Below, piece after piece: positions 12,901 through 24,660 of a stretch of DNA of 37,111 nucleotides; position 1 is the stretch's first letter; each line of letters begins with the position of its first letter. The notes beneath the pieces are model-generated. The model did no database searches. It was given only the letters and a program-made list of their open reading frames with translations, and was not told the origin of the DNA. The stretch is taken from positions 1-37,111 of the forward strand of contig DF237697.1 of assembly GCA_000708835.1 (NCBI GenBank), written 5' to 3'. The translations under genes and the position numbers were made by a program. This DNA is from Klebsormidium nitens. Lineage: Eukaryota > Plantae > Klebsormidiophyceae.

Positions 12901-14970
12901 GGCGGCCGCGATGCAAGTGCGCGAGGCGTTGGGAGAAGCAGGTAAGAGCAGGCTTACGGCGTTGGAACAGGGAACAGAAAAGTTCCTGAAGATAAGGGAA
13001 TGTTAATCTGGATCGAACAGTACCTGGTACGGAATGAAGACGAGTCACCAGTTTCTGTTTAGTCTCGTCATTGGCTGATCAGACTTCGCAAGCAGGGTCA
13101 GCCGCATCTCGTCCTCCGTCCGTATAAGTAATCAAGCTCCACAATCCATAGAGGTGTCAGCGCCCGTTTGCCAGTTTGCAAGTTTAAGATGCTCTGCTAC
13201 TATCAAGTCAGGCAGCCCCGTCGAAGCTGTCCGACGAGTCCGTTCTGATATCGAAAGCGACCCTATATTCTAGATTTCTTTTTTCCTGCCAATCTGGATT
13301 CGCTCGATTCAATCTGGTCGAGTAGGGCGCGCCTCGGGTCAGCAGTTTGAGCCCTTCGGCAGTGGGAATTGACTCGGTTCAAATCGGAAAACTCTTCGAG
13401 CTGTTTCGTGATTTCTCCTGCAAGACCAATTAGCAACGGTCCCCGAGCTCGATATGCGGCAGTTTCTGGTAAGAGGAAGCGCGTTCGTATCTATTAAACA
13501 GATTGAATCGAGTTATGAGCATACTAATTAGTCGAGAAAAATCTGCCGTAGAATACACAAAGAGAGTCTGCTTGTCTCCGACTGACCAGACTGACTCTAA
13601 CTGACCTCACTTCGGACTCGTACTCAAAGCTAAGTCAATGGGGCTGTACGCGGCCTGGTCACTTCTCGCTTTGTAAGTAGCCCGGTTTCTCCTCACTGTT
13701 TCCGTTCCTCTCCTTGACCTTACTTGTTTGTCCTTTGGCGCAGGACCGCATGCCGTGGCGGTGGCGTGGGTCGTCCCGACCACCACGCCGGCCGTGCTGC
13801 GGGCCGCGCTCAAGCGCGCGGGCTTCCCAATCATCGTCAACAAACCGCTGTACGAGTCAAAGCTACACCGGCTGCTGCACACCCTGGCCGGGACGCACGA
13901 CGAGGACCTCCCCTGCGGCTGCAAGGACTGCCCGGTCTGGGCAACCGAGGCGAAAGGCAAGGCCCCGTTCGCCCGGGCAAACGCCCGGTTGTCCGAGCCG
14001 CTGACCTACCGGTCGGGAGATTGGGACGGGGGAGGTCTGGTGCGGACGCAGAGCGCGCCTATGGACATGCGAGCGGAGCTGGAGGAGATCCGCGTGGTGA
14101 ACGATGACTGCATTGTGGTCGTAGAGGCGGAGACGGGCGACCAGCCGCTCAGGGGGATGGTCGTTCTGGTCGCCGAGGACAACCCGGTCCTGCAGCTGGT
14201 CGCGGCGAAAACGGTGAAGAAGCTTGGAGCGCAGGTTGTGACGGCGAACGACGGCGGCGAAGCGATGGACGCGATTGTGCGCCGGCGGGAATCGACGAGC
14301 CAGATGTTTGACTTCATCCTGCTCGACTGCCAGGTAAAAATCGTCCGTCCCTGCTTTAGGGGCCAATTTTCACGAGTATCACATTCCGGAATCATCGAGA
14401 TTCTCCGTATCTCTTGTGCCCTTGTGTCGGCTCGTTTGATGCGAAGATGGTAAACCAAATGTTTGATCATAAGAGTCGACGAAACTACTGTTCTTCTCTT
14501 CATATCCTTCTGAGCATAAGAGTCGCAGACAAAGCACTGCACGTATGTGGTAGGAAAGGCTGCACGGCAGCCCCCCCTGAGCACGCCCTTCTCTTGCTTA
14601 GTTCTCAGACACGTTGTCCCCTCTCACAGGCAAAAGTACTTTGCTTTAATCAGACTACGGAAAATATTATTGGATCAATACTTCTGGTCTGCAAGCAGGG
14701 CAGGCCCTTGACCAGCCCCTAACCAGGTAGCACTTTGCTGTGGTTCTCCAGATGCCCGTAATGAGCGGTCTCGAGGTGACCCGCCGCCTCCGCAAACTAG
14801 AGAGGGCCACCAGGGAGCACACCTTGGTGATCATGCTCACAGCCAGCGCCACACCCGCCGCGGACCGCAGGGCGTCCAAAGAAGCGGGGGTGGATTTGTA
14901 CCTTACGAAGCCCTTGGATGCACGCTCGTTTGCCAAGAGCGTTACCGCGCTCCTTCAGGCCGAAAAATAG
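6920..14970 (+). CDS. Hybrid sensor histidine kinase, AHK1/CKI1-like, copy 2 (complete, about 1138 aa; TM-Cache-like-TM-HisKA-HATPase_c-pseudo-receiver-receiver)
   Basis: Exons 6920-7174, 8072-8314, 8689-8889, 9443-10215, 10584-10740, 11230-11356, 11807-11895, 12179-12941, 13744-14333, 14752-14970 sum to 3417 nt in one frame. TM1 is ILILRLLIM|FTLACLLSGSTALTFFL, resembling AHK1 VFVVRLAIMVMLAILIG. A Cache-type LDPRTREWY motif is present. TM2 is AIVGGVTAAIFALGSLLIVLF, followed by VSKEMRLKAQ as in AHK1. H box is FLARTS|HDLRTP. N, G1 and G2 boxes are intact, and the receiver keeps D (DCQMP), T and K. The start codon at 6920 (in-frame TGA at 6914) is the least certain part. Confidence 0.9.
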
Positions 14971-15030
14971 AGATACAATACCGGGCTTGTACATGGCACT
15001 CATTAAGTCAGTTTAGAGGTAGAAAAAGGG

Positions 15031-15194
15031 GCGGCACGAAAAGCAGAGTAGACGCGTTGAAAGCCGTGCCCAAGCATCCCTCCAGCTGACTGTAGCTACT
15101 AACCGTCAATATCAATATACTATTACTGGACAAGGTTAATATAAACCTAGGTGACACTCTTGCGGCAACTCCTTCAGATTGGAGGAAGGTTGTT
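15031..15194 (+). repeat. Non-coding 3' segment shared between the two kinase paralogs (copy 2)
   Basis: GCGGCACGAAAAGCAGAGTAGACG is identical to 4003-4026. GGTGAC..TTGCGGCAAC is collinear with 4110 onward. Confidence 0.85.
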
Positions 15195-16882
15195 CGTTGT
15201 GTTAGGATCATTCTTCTCTGAGCAGGGATCACTGGAGACCAGCTTGTCAAACAGTAGTAGCCTGACTTGGATCTGCATCATTGAGTGTACGTTATTGCGC
15301 GGACAACGAAGGACTTAGGCAACTATAGGTGCATTGAATAGAAAGTAAACATTTTAAAGTCAAATGGAAAGCTCTTGTATGGCCTTCAGCGTGACCTGTG
15401 TGGTCTGCTCACGAAGTAACGCATTGTTACATTATCAATTCACCTAAGCTGGATTCCAGATTGAAGTAGATGACAAAAGTTCCAGGAGGTACGAAACATG
15501 TACAGGCCGTTCATTTCCTCACAGGCGCTTTGCTGTTGATTTGAAGTGGGCTGGCATCAGTGAGCTGGGACAGATTATAGAGAACGCTACTTCAAAGACT
15601 CGGCCAACTTGCAGCCATTGCAGTTCGTAGTGACTTCTTTTATTCTTTCAAGTGCATTGTCTAACAACCACGAGGGTGCTGAAGATTGTGCAATTCGAAG
15701 CGAAGCAGTGATTGTAGAAGATATCTAGATCACGGTTGCGGGAAGCTAAACCTGTCGCTCGATCGGGACTCTCTGGTGGAGCTGTATGGCAACCTTCAGG
15801 TTTGTTGATGAGATATATACACTACAATCGATTGAAGGTCTAGATATGAAAGAGCAATGAAAGCCCTCTTAACTTAGTACAAGTCGGACATGAAATTATA
15901 CCCGGGCACCCCTGCATGGAGCCCGGGCGGCGTCGGCCTCACGCCCTACGTCTTGAACCCCTATCGGTCGATGTCCGGCTGCCGCCCCGGTCACTGCGCA
16001 GTCGGTCGGCGCAGGCGGCCGCGCAGCCCCTTGGCAAGTTGGTTAATCACTTCAGCCGGTACCGTACCGGGGCGTCCAGCGGACGGTGATGGTACACTCT
16101 GTGCGATCATCACGAATTGAAGCCGTCCGATAAGAGCTTATGCGTCAGCAGGATTGCAGTCCAAATTTAAAGGTTGAGGTATTCGAAGCAGTCTAAGACT
16201 TGTTCTTGTCACTGGCGCCCTGCGCGGCGACAACAGGTAGCCGCGCTCCCTGTTCTATGGTTCTATAGGCGACTTGAAACAAGAAGACATTGAGCTGGTG
16301 GCCACGGGGCCAAAGATGCCAGGCTCGTTACATCAGGCTCTGGTGGTACTGTCCTACCAGCTAGGTAGGCAGGTATTAATTAGCTAGAAGAGGTAATCTG
16401 ATCTCAACCTGTTGCTCAGTCTCTGCGGATGCCCAGCTCTTGCAGTTTCACGAAAATGGTGTCATACCGACAGCCTGATGTCACAGCCTCCGATCCTTCA
16501 GAAACAGCTGCAACGGCATAACGGGCCTGGCCTGACACTGGCAGCCATTTCAGGCATTGGCTGCCGGGTCAAGAGGAGTCACTGATATCATGACCGTTTC
16601 TTCTAGTGTAATCCCTGGACTAGAGCTGCACTAGTGGCGCCATCGTCCGGCACAATGTAGTGGAATTTGTCACCTGAGAATTGACTCAAGCTTCCACGTT
16701 GTTACCAGAGTGCTCAACTCTGCATTCAGCTCTCCTGATAGCGAGTAGTATCTGAAAGCTTCTGAAAAAGCTCTTCTTCGCCCAGCGGTCCCCTGCCTAG
16801 CTCTCTTCAGCGCTCGCAAGCTCACAATGCTCTGCTGAGCTGTACTGCCGCTTTTGCGGCTAGACCTAACTCAGGCGCAGCT

Positions 16883-19800
16883 ATGAAGGACCCCTTATCT
16901 GGGTTTTGGCTGCGGCCAGTCCAATCACAGCGCAGCAGACTCTTCTTCTGGATCCTTGTGATCCTAGGTCCTGCCGCATTAATTGGTCACTTTTTGGCAG
17001 AACCGTCGCCGGTCCAACACCTGTCCAGACTGGTAAACTTACCTCTTAACCCCTTGTTTGACCAGCTAAACCAGCAGCTAGTGAGGGCTGAGGAGCTAGT
17101 AGACCTGTCCAACAATCACGCATCCGAAGGTTTCTCCAGGGACTCGTCCAGAACCGCTAGAGGAAGCAGTCGTCACAAAGTTCGTACCGGAAGAGTGGCG
17201 GGAATCTTTCCGTTCACACGAGAGGACACGACGGGGACGTTGCATCCAACTGCACTTTCTCTTCTGGGAGTTGATGACGTCATAGGGACACACAAACAGT
17301 CTGCGATAGAGACGGGGAATTATGGGGTCAAAGAAAAGCTTGCCAGGTTTTGGAACGCCTCGCGCAGCGGTCGGGTTTGGGAGCGGTGTCCTGAACAGGT
17401 GGCTGGAGCAATCCGTGAGTGCATCAGCCTCCCCTTCACTTCAGGGTGTTGTTAGGTTGATACTAGGTGCCACTTGAGTGTGCTTTTGACGAGAGAGTAG
17501 AGTCACCGCTTATTTAGGAAGTGGAGCACCAGCTCCGAGGTGCAGTTTCTCAGCCGAAACGAGTTCCCAGCCCAATGTGCGGAGTACCTGTGATGTCAGC
17601 AATCATGTCGACATCCGTTTGGTTGCAAGAGGCGTGCTGGTCCGTGCCGCCAGTCCTCCACCAAAAGAAACTGGAAGCGTGTCACAATCGAGCATGCCTC
17701 TCAAGGTTGGTCTTCGCATTTAAGGCGGTGCTCCAAAAGTTGAACAGAGTCTTCAACTTGGATTGGCTCCTCTATGCCCTGCTGCACACTGGGGAGATGG
17801 TGTTGCAGTGCAATGAAGGCGTTCTTGCTGTGCACCATGCAGGGCGGTCCCCTGGAGATGCGGGGTTTTTGAAGGTCGAATGCAATGGGGGTCTGAATCA
17901 GAAACGGGCAGCGGTGAGTGCTGCTCTCATTTCTGCAAAGCTAAAGAGAGTCTCCAAAACAACGCGAAAGAAGACGAAACAATACTTACACAACGTCGCA
18001 GACTGCAAATGGAACAGTCAATGTCTTTATTTGCTTCCAGGATCTTAATGCCTTTGATTTGGCGGTACAGGATCCTAAATTTCGAGGTACGTTTTGCAGA
18101 TTGCTGATGCTGTTGCGGTTGCGTGGCTAATGAACCGGACCCTGGTGGTACCGGTTCTCGAGACTGATCAGTACTGGGGGGACGAAAGGTACGCCTCGAA
18201 ACTTCTTAGGAAAGTAGTACTATTCCCGAGCTTTGTTTCTGCATCCACAGTGTGGGAGATGCTTCCCGTTACCCTTGCGTGTAGTCTTACCAAAATGCTA
18301 GACCAGGATCTAGGCTCTGCAAGTGATTTGTCTCTTGTCAAACCGTTGTCTCTTGTAAAACCGCTCCACTTCAGACGAAGTCAAGACTTGAAAAAAAGCA
18401 GAATGCAGAGTAAATCAGACGAATTCGAGATATCGACAACCTGTAAGGGCCAGGAATGTCACCATTCAATTCCGCTGAGGTGCAATCCATGCGACCCTCA
18501 ATCCAGCCTTTTGCTCGTCTTGTCTGCAGTGGCTTCAATTCCATCTTCAACGAGACCCACTTCATCGAACGTCTCTCAAGCATCGTACCCATCGTACGGG
18601 AAGCGGAGCTGCCCGCCAATCTAACCACGTTCAGAAGGCTGGCAAAGACCCGGGGTGACGTGGCGTTCTATCATTGGCTGGCCGGTAGATCCAAGAACGT
18701 GGGCCTGCTCGTATTGGAGAAATTCTCCCACAAGCTGAGCTACCGGGATGAGCACGTGTCGCGAGAAGTACAGGTGAGATTTAGCGGCTGCGATCTGGAC
18801 ACGTGTCACAACACACGCTGGGACGATGCTTTGCAACTGGCGTTTACGTGAGACGGTTACTAATGGGGCCACCTGACATAAGCAGGGGTCGGGATGTGCG
18901 CGTTAACGATATCAACGGTTGTGATGTTGACACGGGCTAGGACGGTTGCAGGTTGAGTCAATCCACTTTTATCCGGAGTCTATTCGGCAACGGGTTCAGG
19001 GAATTTATCCCTTGGTTAAGGAGGCAGTGCAGGCGCTTATAAGCGAAGCCGGAGGCGCTGAGCTTGGGTTACTTCAAAAACGAGGTCACTGGGCGCCGAG
19101 AACTCTCCACTTCGTGTTTGACGAATGCTCGATAATCCTGTTACTTGGTGACAAGTTTTCAAAAGCACCTTTTCGATCTTTAAACCTGTAGGGAATTCCG
19201 ATGCTTCAAAGATCTGGAGCGCTTGAGGTTCATTGGTGGCGCCAATTGGCGGAACAATCTTGGACTTCTGTGCATTCCTTAATCCCGGCGCTTCGTAGTT
19301 GTGGACGCGCTCCGCTTTTCCGACAGCGACGGGGGCCAAGCTCGTGCCGCAAGAAGATTGCATACATCGAGCTGATGGTCTCAACAAATAGGTTTCGAAG
19401 GCGCCTTTCACTGAGAAGGCCACTCACCTTGCAGGGAATACAGGGCCTTTCGAGCTTGAAATGCGCGAGAGTTCACCGAGTGGATTGAATGACGGAGGTC
19501 GTAATCGTGGCTAATGACATTGACGAAGTACTGGGTACAAGTAACAAACGCGGAGGTACTTTTACAGAGAAACAAAAAATCCCCTCTTCTCGCAGAAGAT
19601 ACGATGCTTCACAAACCTCGAAGCGCTGAAGTTCACCGACTCGATCGAGGCCACGGGGCGCAAGATCAAGCGCAAATGTATTGGCAAGGCTCAAGATGCT
19701 TGAGTCAAGTACAAACGCGAAGCCGGCTCTTACAGAGTACTGTAAATATCCTTCTTGCAGAAGATACGCTGCTTCGCGAACCTCGAAGCGCTGAGGTTCA

Positions 19801-21267
19801 CCGACTCGATCGAGGCCACGGGGCGCAAGATCGTGCAAAAGCCGATTGCTGGCCTAAAACTAATCGCTTAAAGGAATGAAAGTTAAAGCACCTCTTTCTG
19901 AGCAACAATTCTATCTGTTTTTGCAGAGGATACGATGCTTCGCGAACCTGGAAGCGCTGAAATTTACTGATTCGATCGAGGCCACGGGGCGCAAGATCGT
20001 GCGCAAGCTGCGCAGCGCGCGCGGGTCGTACGTCGCTGTGCACCTGCGCTTCGAGCAGGATATGCTCGCGCACGCCAAGTGCGACTTCGAGGGGACGCGC
20101 GCGGAGAGGCGCGAGCTGGAGGAAATGCGCGAGGTGAGGTCTCGCGCTCTAGTTCTGTGAGTATAACGATTGTTGTGTTAAGCTTGGACAAAGGGTGGTG
20201 CTTTTGGAGAACGTCGGAGTGGCGTCCAAGAAAGATGTTTAAGGAAAATGTCACTCTAAACTTGAAAAGGAGGAGAGGCGAGAGGTGAAAGAAGGGGAAC
20301 GATGCTATAAGGCGATCAGTCGATTGAAGAAGGAGGTAAGTATATCCTGCTTGTCAATTAACCTGGCAAGTTGCTGTCTTTCCGCCGTAAGAGTTTCTTG
20401 CAGTCGATTCCTGGAAGAAGGAAGGCGGAAACGAATCGGTCAGGAAGCTCGGCTTGTTGATGTTTGTGAGTCCGAGACCTTCAAACAACTCCCATGTGCG
20501 TTTTGTTTCGATCATCGAGTATACAATGCCTTACCACCAACCGGAGCATCCCTCGAGAATTGTCGTTCCCTTCTGTGTATCCACAGGAGTTCTGGCCGTA
20601 CCGCAATCACCGCGACAACGACACCATCGAGGGGAACCGGGGGGCGGGTCGGTGCCCCCTCAGCCCGGAAGAGGTCGGCCGGTTGCTGAACCTTTTAGGC
20701 TTCCCCCGGAGCACGACTGTGTACGTTGCGAGCGGCCCGGTTTACAAACCCGAGAAAAGTATGCCCGGTTTGACGAAGTTTTTCCCGAACCTGGTTCGGT
20801 TAACCAACTCCCAGAAACCGGGGACGTCGTCATTAAACATAACGAGTCTGCTGGAGTACGAGGAGCGGAAACGGTTCGGCTCGCACGCGGACCAGCTCGC
20901 CGCCCTAGATTATCTCGTGTGCGCGCACGCTGACGTGTTCATGCCGTCATTCACCGGCAACATGGATTTCCTGCTCGAGGGGGAGCGGCGGTATGCAGGT
21001 TTCCGAACAACCATCATACCAAACCGGCCGCGGTTGGCGGGTATCTTGGCAGAAACCGGGTTGAGTTTCGGGGAGGCGCAGAAACGGGTTTACGAGGTTC
21101 ATCCCCCGGTTCAAAGGTTTGGGTTTGAGCCCCGGTTAGGGTCGGAGCTAGGGGCCGTCCTCAGGCACCGGCACTCCGTGTTCTCCCACCCGCTACCGGA
21201 GTGTCTTTGCGTCAAGGGAAAATTGCTCCCAGACGAAGCGTATGCTGCTGCACTGGCCGAGTTCTGA
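16883..21267 (+). CDS. O-fucosyltransferase family protein (plant O-FucT/GT106-like, type II membrane protein, about 607 aa)
   Basis: Exons 16883-17414, 17843-17913, 18100-18188, 18530-18773, 19927-20133, 20587-21267 sum to 1824 nt in frame. N-terminal TM is LFFWILVILGPAALIGHFL. Family motifs seen: GFLKVECNGGLNQKRAA|IADAVAVA, TLVVPVL, RIRCFANLEALKF, YVAVHLRFEQDM, GRCPLSPEEVG, TVYVASG, LAALDYLVC..ADVF, G.RRY.G...TI.PNR. Confidence 0.9.
19435..20001 (+). repeat. Intronic tandem ladder (period about 161-166 bp) of acceptor plus exon-5 head of the O-FucT gene
   Basis: CAG acceptors precede 19435 (degenerate), 19596, 19761 and 19927 (functional). Copies at 19596 and 19761 translate as KIRCF(T/A)NLEAL(K/R)FTDSIEATGRKI, with 8 nt differences each from the functional copy over 72-75 nt. 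They then run into stops at 19701-19703 and 19869-19871. Confidence 0.93.
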
Positions 21268-24200
21268 TTGCTCACACGGTTAATGTATCATCAGCATGCT
21301 AATACAGGCCTATTTATAGACAAGGCGTTTGGTGTTACTGCAACTTAACGAACTGGTTGTCGTCGAAAGGCAGGGTACATTCGCGCCCCATGGCGCTGTA
21401 CATTAGAACATTAGACATGCCGTTCAGAATAATCTTATAAGACTCTCATTAAAGCTTCAAAACTGGCTGCAAGCGAAGCCCATATTTCGCAACGACCGTC
21501 GCTTTGAGACTTTGAGACAGCTCTGCGGAGGCAATATTGTCTTGAGTCTGCACAGTTGAGTGATCTTGAAGCACGTTAACAGACCGCACAAGTGGACAGA
21601 CTCGCTCATGAAAATGCCGATTTAATTGCGATTTGACCTAAATGTCGAGCTCGCTTAGAAACGTTAGTAAGCCAATTGACCACTTGCCCTCGTTGAAGTT
21701 TTCATGACAAACACGGTGTCCGGCACGACTAGAAGTGAAACATCGTTGACGTCAATTTCACACTGTGTGCATGACAGATCTGCAAGTTCAATCATTGCAT
21801 GTATCATCATTAACATCTTCCGTGAGCCCGCCCATATGCAGTGACGTGAGCTTTACTAAGTCCTGTACACGTTTGTCCGACTGGTCAGGGCGTGTAAGAA
21901 TTTACGTCGACGGCGGTCATGCTTCATTGGATAGAATCCTCAATCGTGATTCTGGCCACACGGCCGCCCATGCAGTACATATAAAGTATGTGAGTCTCGT
22001 TTTGAAACATTGCAATCAGTGATAAGGCGTGCATCCCCCGTGCATCGCGAGCGTTTTACATCGATGATCACATTAAGTGTTTTCTGTCATGTGATACTTT
22101 TGGCATACTTTTTGCAGGCGGCCGGTCCTAACCCGGTATTTACTCATCATGCCGGCCTCTATTCGAGCTTCACAGACATAAAACCGTTGTGACACAACCT
22201 AAGTAGTTCAATGTTCCGGCCTCGCCCTTTTATGAATGAAGTTGCGCTAGCTAGTAGGCTATATCCAGACATGTATTGTCCGGATTGACGTGCCACATAT
22301 GATGTGCACAGACGGTCGACGACGGAATTCGGGAATAGCATGCATCAAGCTACTAACACATGGATAGAGAAGGCTATATGATGATTTGCAATTCGCCTTG
22401 ATGCATGGATTCACACACGGACGGTCCCTACAGCAACCGTCTCTTTAGGGGTCAATGCCTGGCAACTTTTCAATACAACCGTCAGATTGAACATGTTTTG
22501 GTAGTTGAGGACTCGCTAGGTTCAGAACACTAAAGTGACGATCGTATCTTCGGCCGTCAGCGGGGCTATCAAGGGATCGAGATCGAGGTAGAGGCAAGCT
22601 TATTCGTAGTTGTATAAACTGTGTGAACATAACACTCCTGTACGCCAAATGTGAGTTGACTCGTCGATTTGTCACCCAGCCGTGGCGGAGTGAGTTTCCA
22701 TCATGGATGACATGGAGATGTGCTTGCCAGAAGCTAGCTATACTCGAGATTAATTCTTAATCATCGACCATGAAGCAACCTGCAAAATGGGTGCGCTGAT
22801 TTGCACTACAGATTCTCGAAAATAGTCACTTGTTTAAATGTAGCTCTACAGTCGTGGATGTCAACTTCTAGCAAACGATATGAATTTTAAAAAGCCTTTC
22901 AGCACCAATCAGGAAAAGACATACTTCCAAAAACCTTTGCTCAATCACATGCAAATAAGGTTGAGGTCCCCTTCCAACGGCATGTGAAGTATTAGTGGCA
23001 ATGATTAGAAGCAGAACTTCTACTTCAATGTGAAAGCATGCGGGTCAGAAGGCAGACGCAGATAAATAAGAGATCTTACAGCAACCGTGGAGCATAGAAT
23101 GTTGCAAGCCGTGACTGCTGCTAGACTCCTAGTTCAGCTAGTGCCACCGTTTCGTCATTGAAGTCAACAGAATTGATTGACCAAAGCGGATTGAAGTACT
23201 CTCTTTTCAATGCGACACGAGCTTTGACAACATTCTCCACCTCTTTTGGCAAACGACACAACTCCGATTTCCAAGGCGCCAGCTGTTCCGTCCCTCAATG
23301 ATGCAGTATCATCGTCAAACTTTGAACTTCTTCTTCAAGAAAGGGCCCAAGGGCCTTCTACAGGTCCTTCCACTGCTCATGCAATTGCTTCCTTTGAGAT
23401 CTTTTACTGCAGAATCCAAGAAGGATAACATCAACCCCACCTGTTTCTACTCAACTTTGACACTTGTTGGTCTAGTCAACCTTGCGACCCGTGCGTCCTC
23501 CTGTTCCTGCATGACATCAGCGTGTGACCGATGCTGACCTGCAAAGCGGTGGTGCGGTGTCACACTCGAATGTCTCGGTGGCACAGCCTGACTATGCTGT
23601 ATAACAGATATCATCATAGGCGATCAGGAGGGTCATCCCTGGCGTTCTTGGATGCAGACATTTACAACCACCACTGACCAGACTTTCCAAGCTCAAAAGA
23701 ATGGTCAGAACATTGGGACACGGCACGACGAGATATGATTGAAGTAAAAGCTTCGAATACAACTTAGAAACAGGATCAAATCTCATCACAAGTGCTGCAG
23801 CACAGGGCATGAAAACAGAGACAGACTGAAGATGCCAATGTCAAAAGAACTACTTGCCTGGCTTTTGGAGAGCAAAGGGCAGAGCACAAATCAGTCCAAT
23901 GGCGAAGACCCCGGCGGCAACATGCAGCTTCTGACCACTAAACATGTACCTCTGCCACTTGCTGAGAGGAGCATTACTGGACATCCTCTCTGCCATCAGC
24001 CGGAAAAAATGTTCTAGAACGCCGCCACACTCCCAGCGGTTCTCATTGAAGCTACGCCACTGACCTTCAACAAGCAGTCCTGCAGCCTCCTGCTACGAAG
24101 CTTAGATACTGTGGCTGTGAAAGAACAAGAAACTGAAAAAAGAATCGGAGGGGCAGCTTCACCAAGCAAAGATCTATTAGTAACAGTATTAGCTGCCGCT

Positions 24201-24457
24201 CTGACGTGGTGCAAACTCCGGGCTAGTTTTGTGGTGGTGAAGATTGTGCACAGCAGCTCGACCAACTGGCGCAACGACCAGGGGTTTCATCGCAGTGGAT
24301 GCCGTGTTAAAACTTAAAGTGCCAGTTATCAGCTAACTCACCATATAAAAGCCCCCGGTCGGCCGTAGGTATCGCTGAGCTCGTCGCGGCGCCTGCATGT
24401 AGACTTCTTTCCAGCTAGGTTTAATTAGTCCCTAACTATGCAAATGTGGTTGCCTCC

Positions 24458-24471
24458 TAACCCTAGGGTTA
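24458..24471. promoter_or_regulatory. Perfect 14-bp palindrome TAACCCTAGGGTTA (telo-box-like on both strands) upstream of AP4B
   Basis: Self-complementary and contains AACCCTA in both orientations. About 190 bp upstream of the AP4B ATG. The sequence is certain; the function is inferred. Confidence 0.4.
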
Positions 24472-24660
24472 CTATGTATCGAAGGAAAATTGTGAATCTG
24501 ATCATGCAGGGACGAATTGGACTTCCTGCTTGATTGCATGTTGGGCGAGCATTTGCAGTTGTAGCCGGTGGCTTCTTGCCCAGGGCACTCGTGAGGCGCC
24601 CCTGATCAGAATTGGAAACCTACTCATAGGGAGTTCCCGGTTGCTTTCGCTCTTGCAAAG

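Noticed and set aside
758-14584. Many long minus-strand or alternate-frame ORFs over the kinase exons (e.g. 2664-3320, 9841-10254, 11975-12565, 13863-14366)
   Set aside because: Shadow ORFs of GC-rich exons. They coincide with the + strand exons and show no domain motifs.
18330-18365. 18-bp tandem duplication in O-FucT intron 3
   Set aside because: Real but an ordinary slippage repeat, unrelated to the splice junctions.
18946-19191. Possible extra O-FucT exon (VESIHFYPES...)
   Set aside because: Family motifs join directly (…REVQ|RIRCF…), there is no strong donor, and no homology was recognised.
19435-20001. The periodic ladders here and at 26578-26997 considered as CRISPR arrays
   Set aside because: The units are 130-166 bp copies of the host exon with splice acceptors, in a eukaryotic intron, with no cas genes.
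20272-20290. Purine-rich GGAGAGGCGAGAGGTGA resembling the O-FucT exon-5 donor
   Set aside because: Low-complexity sequence, and the match needs a large gap.
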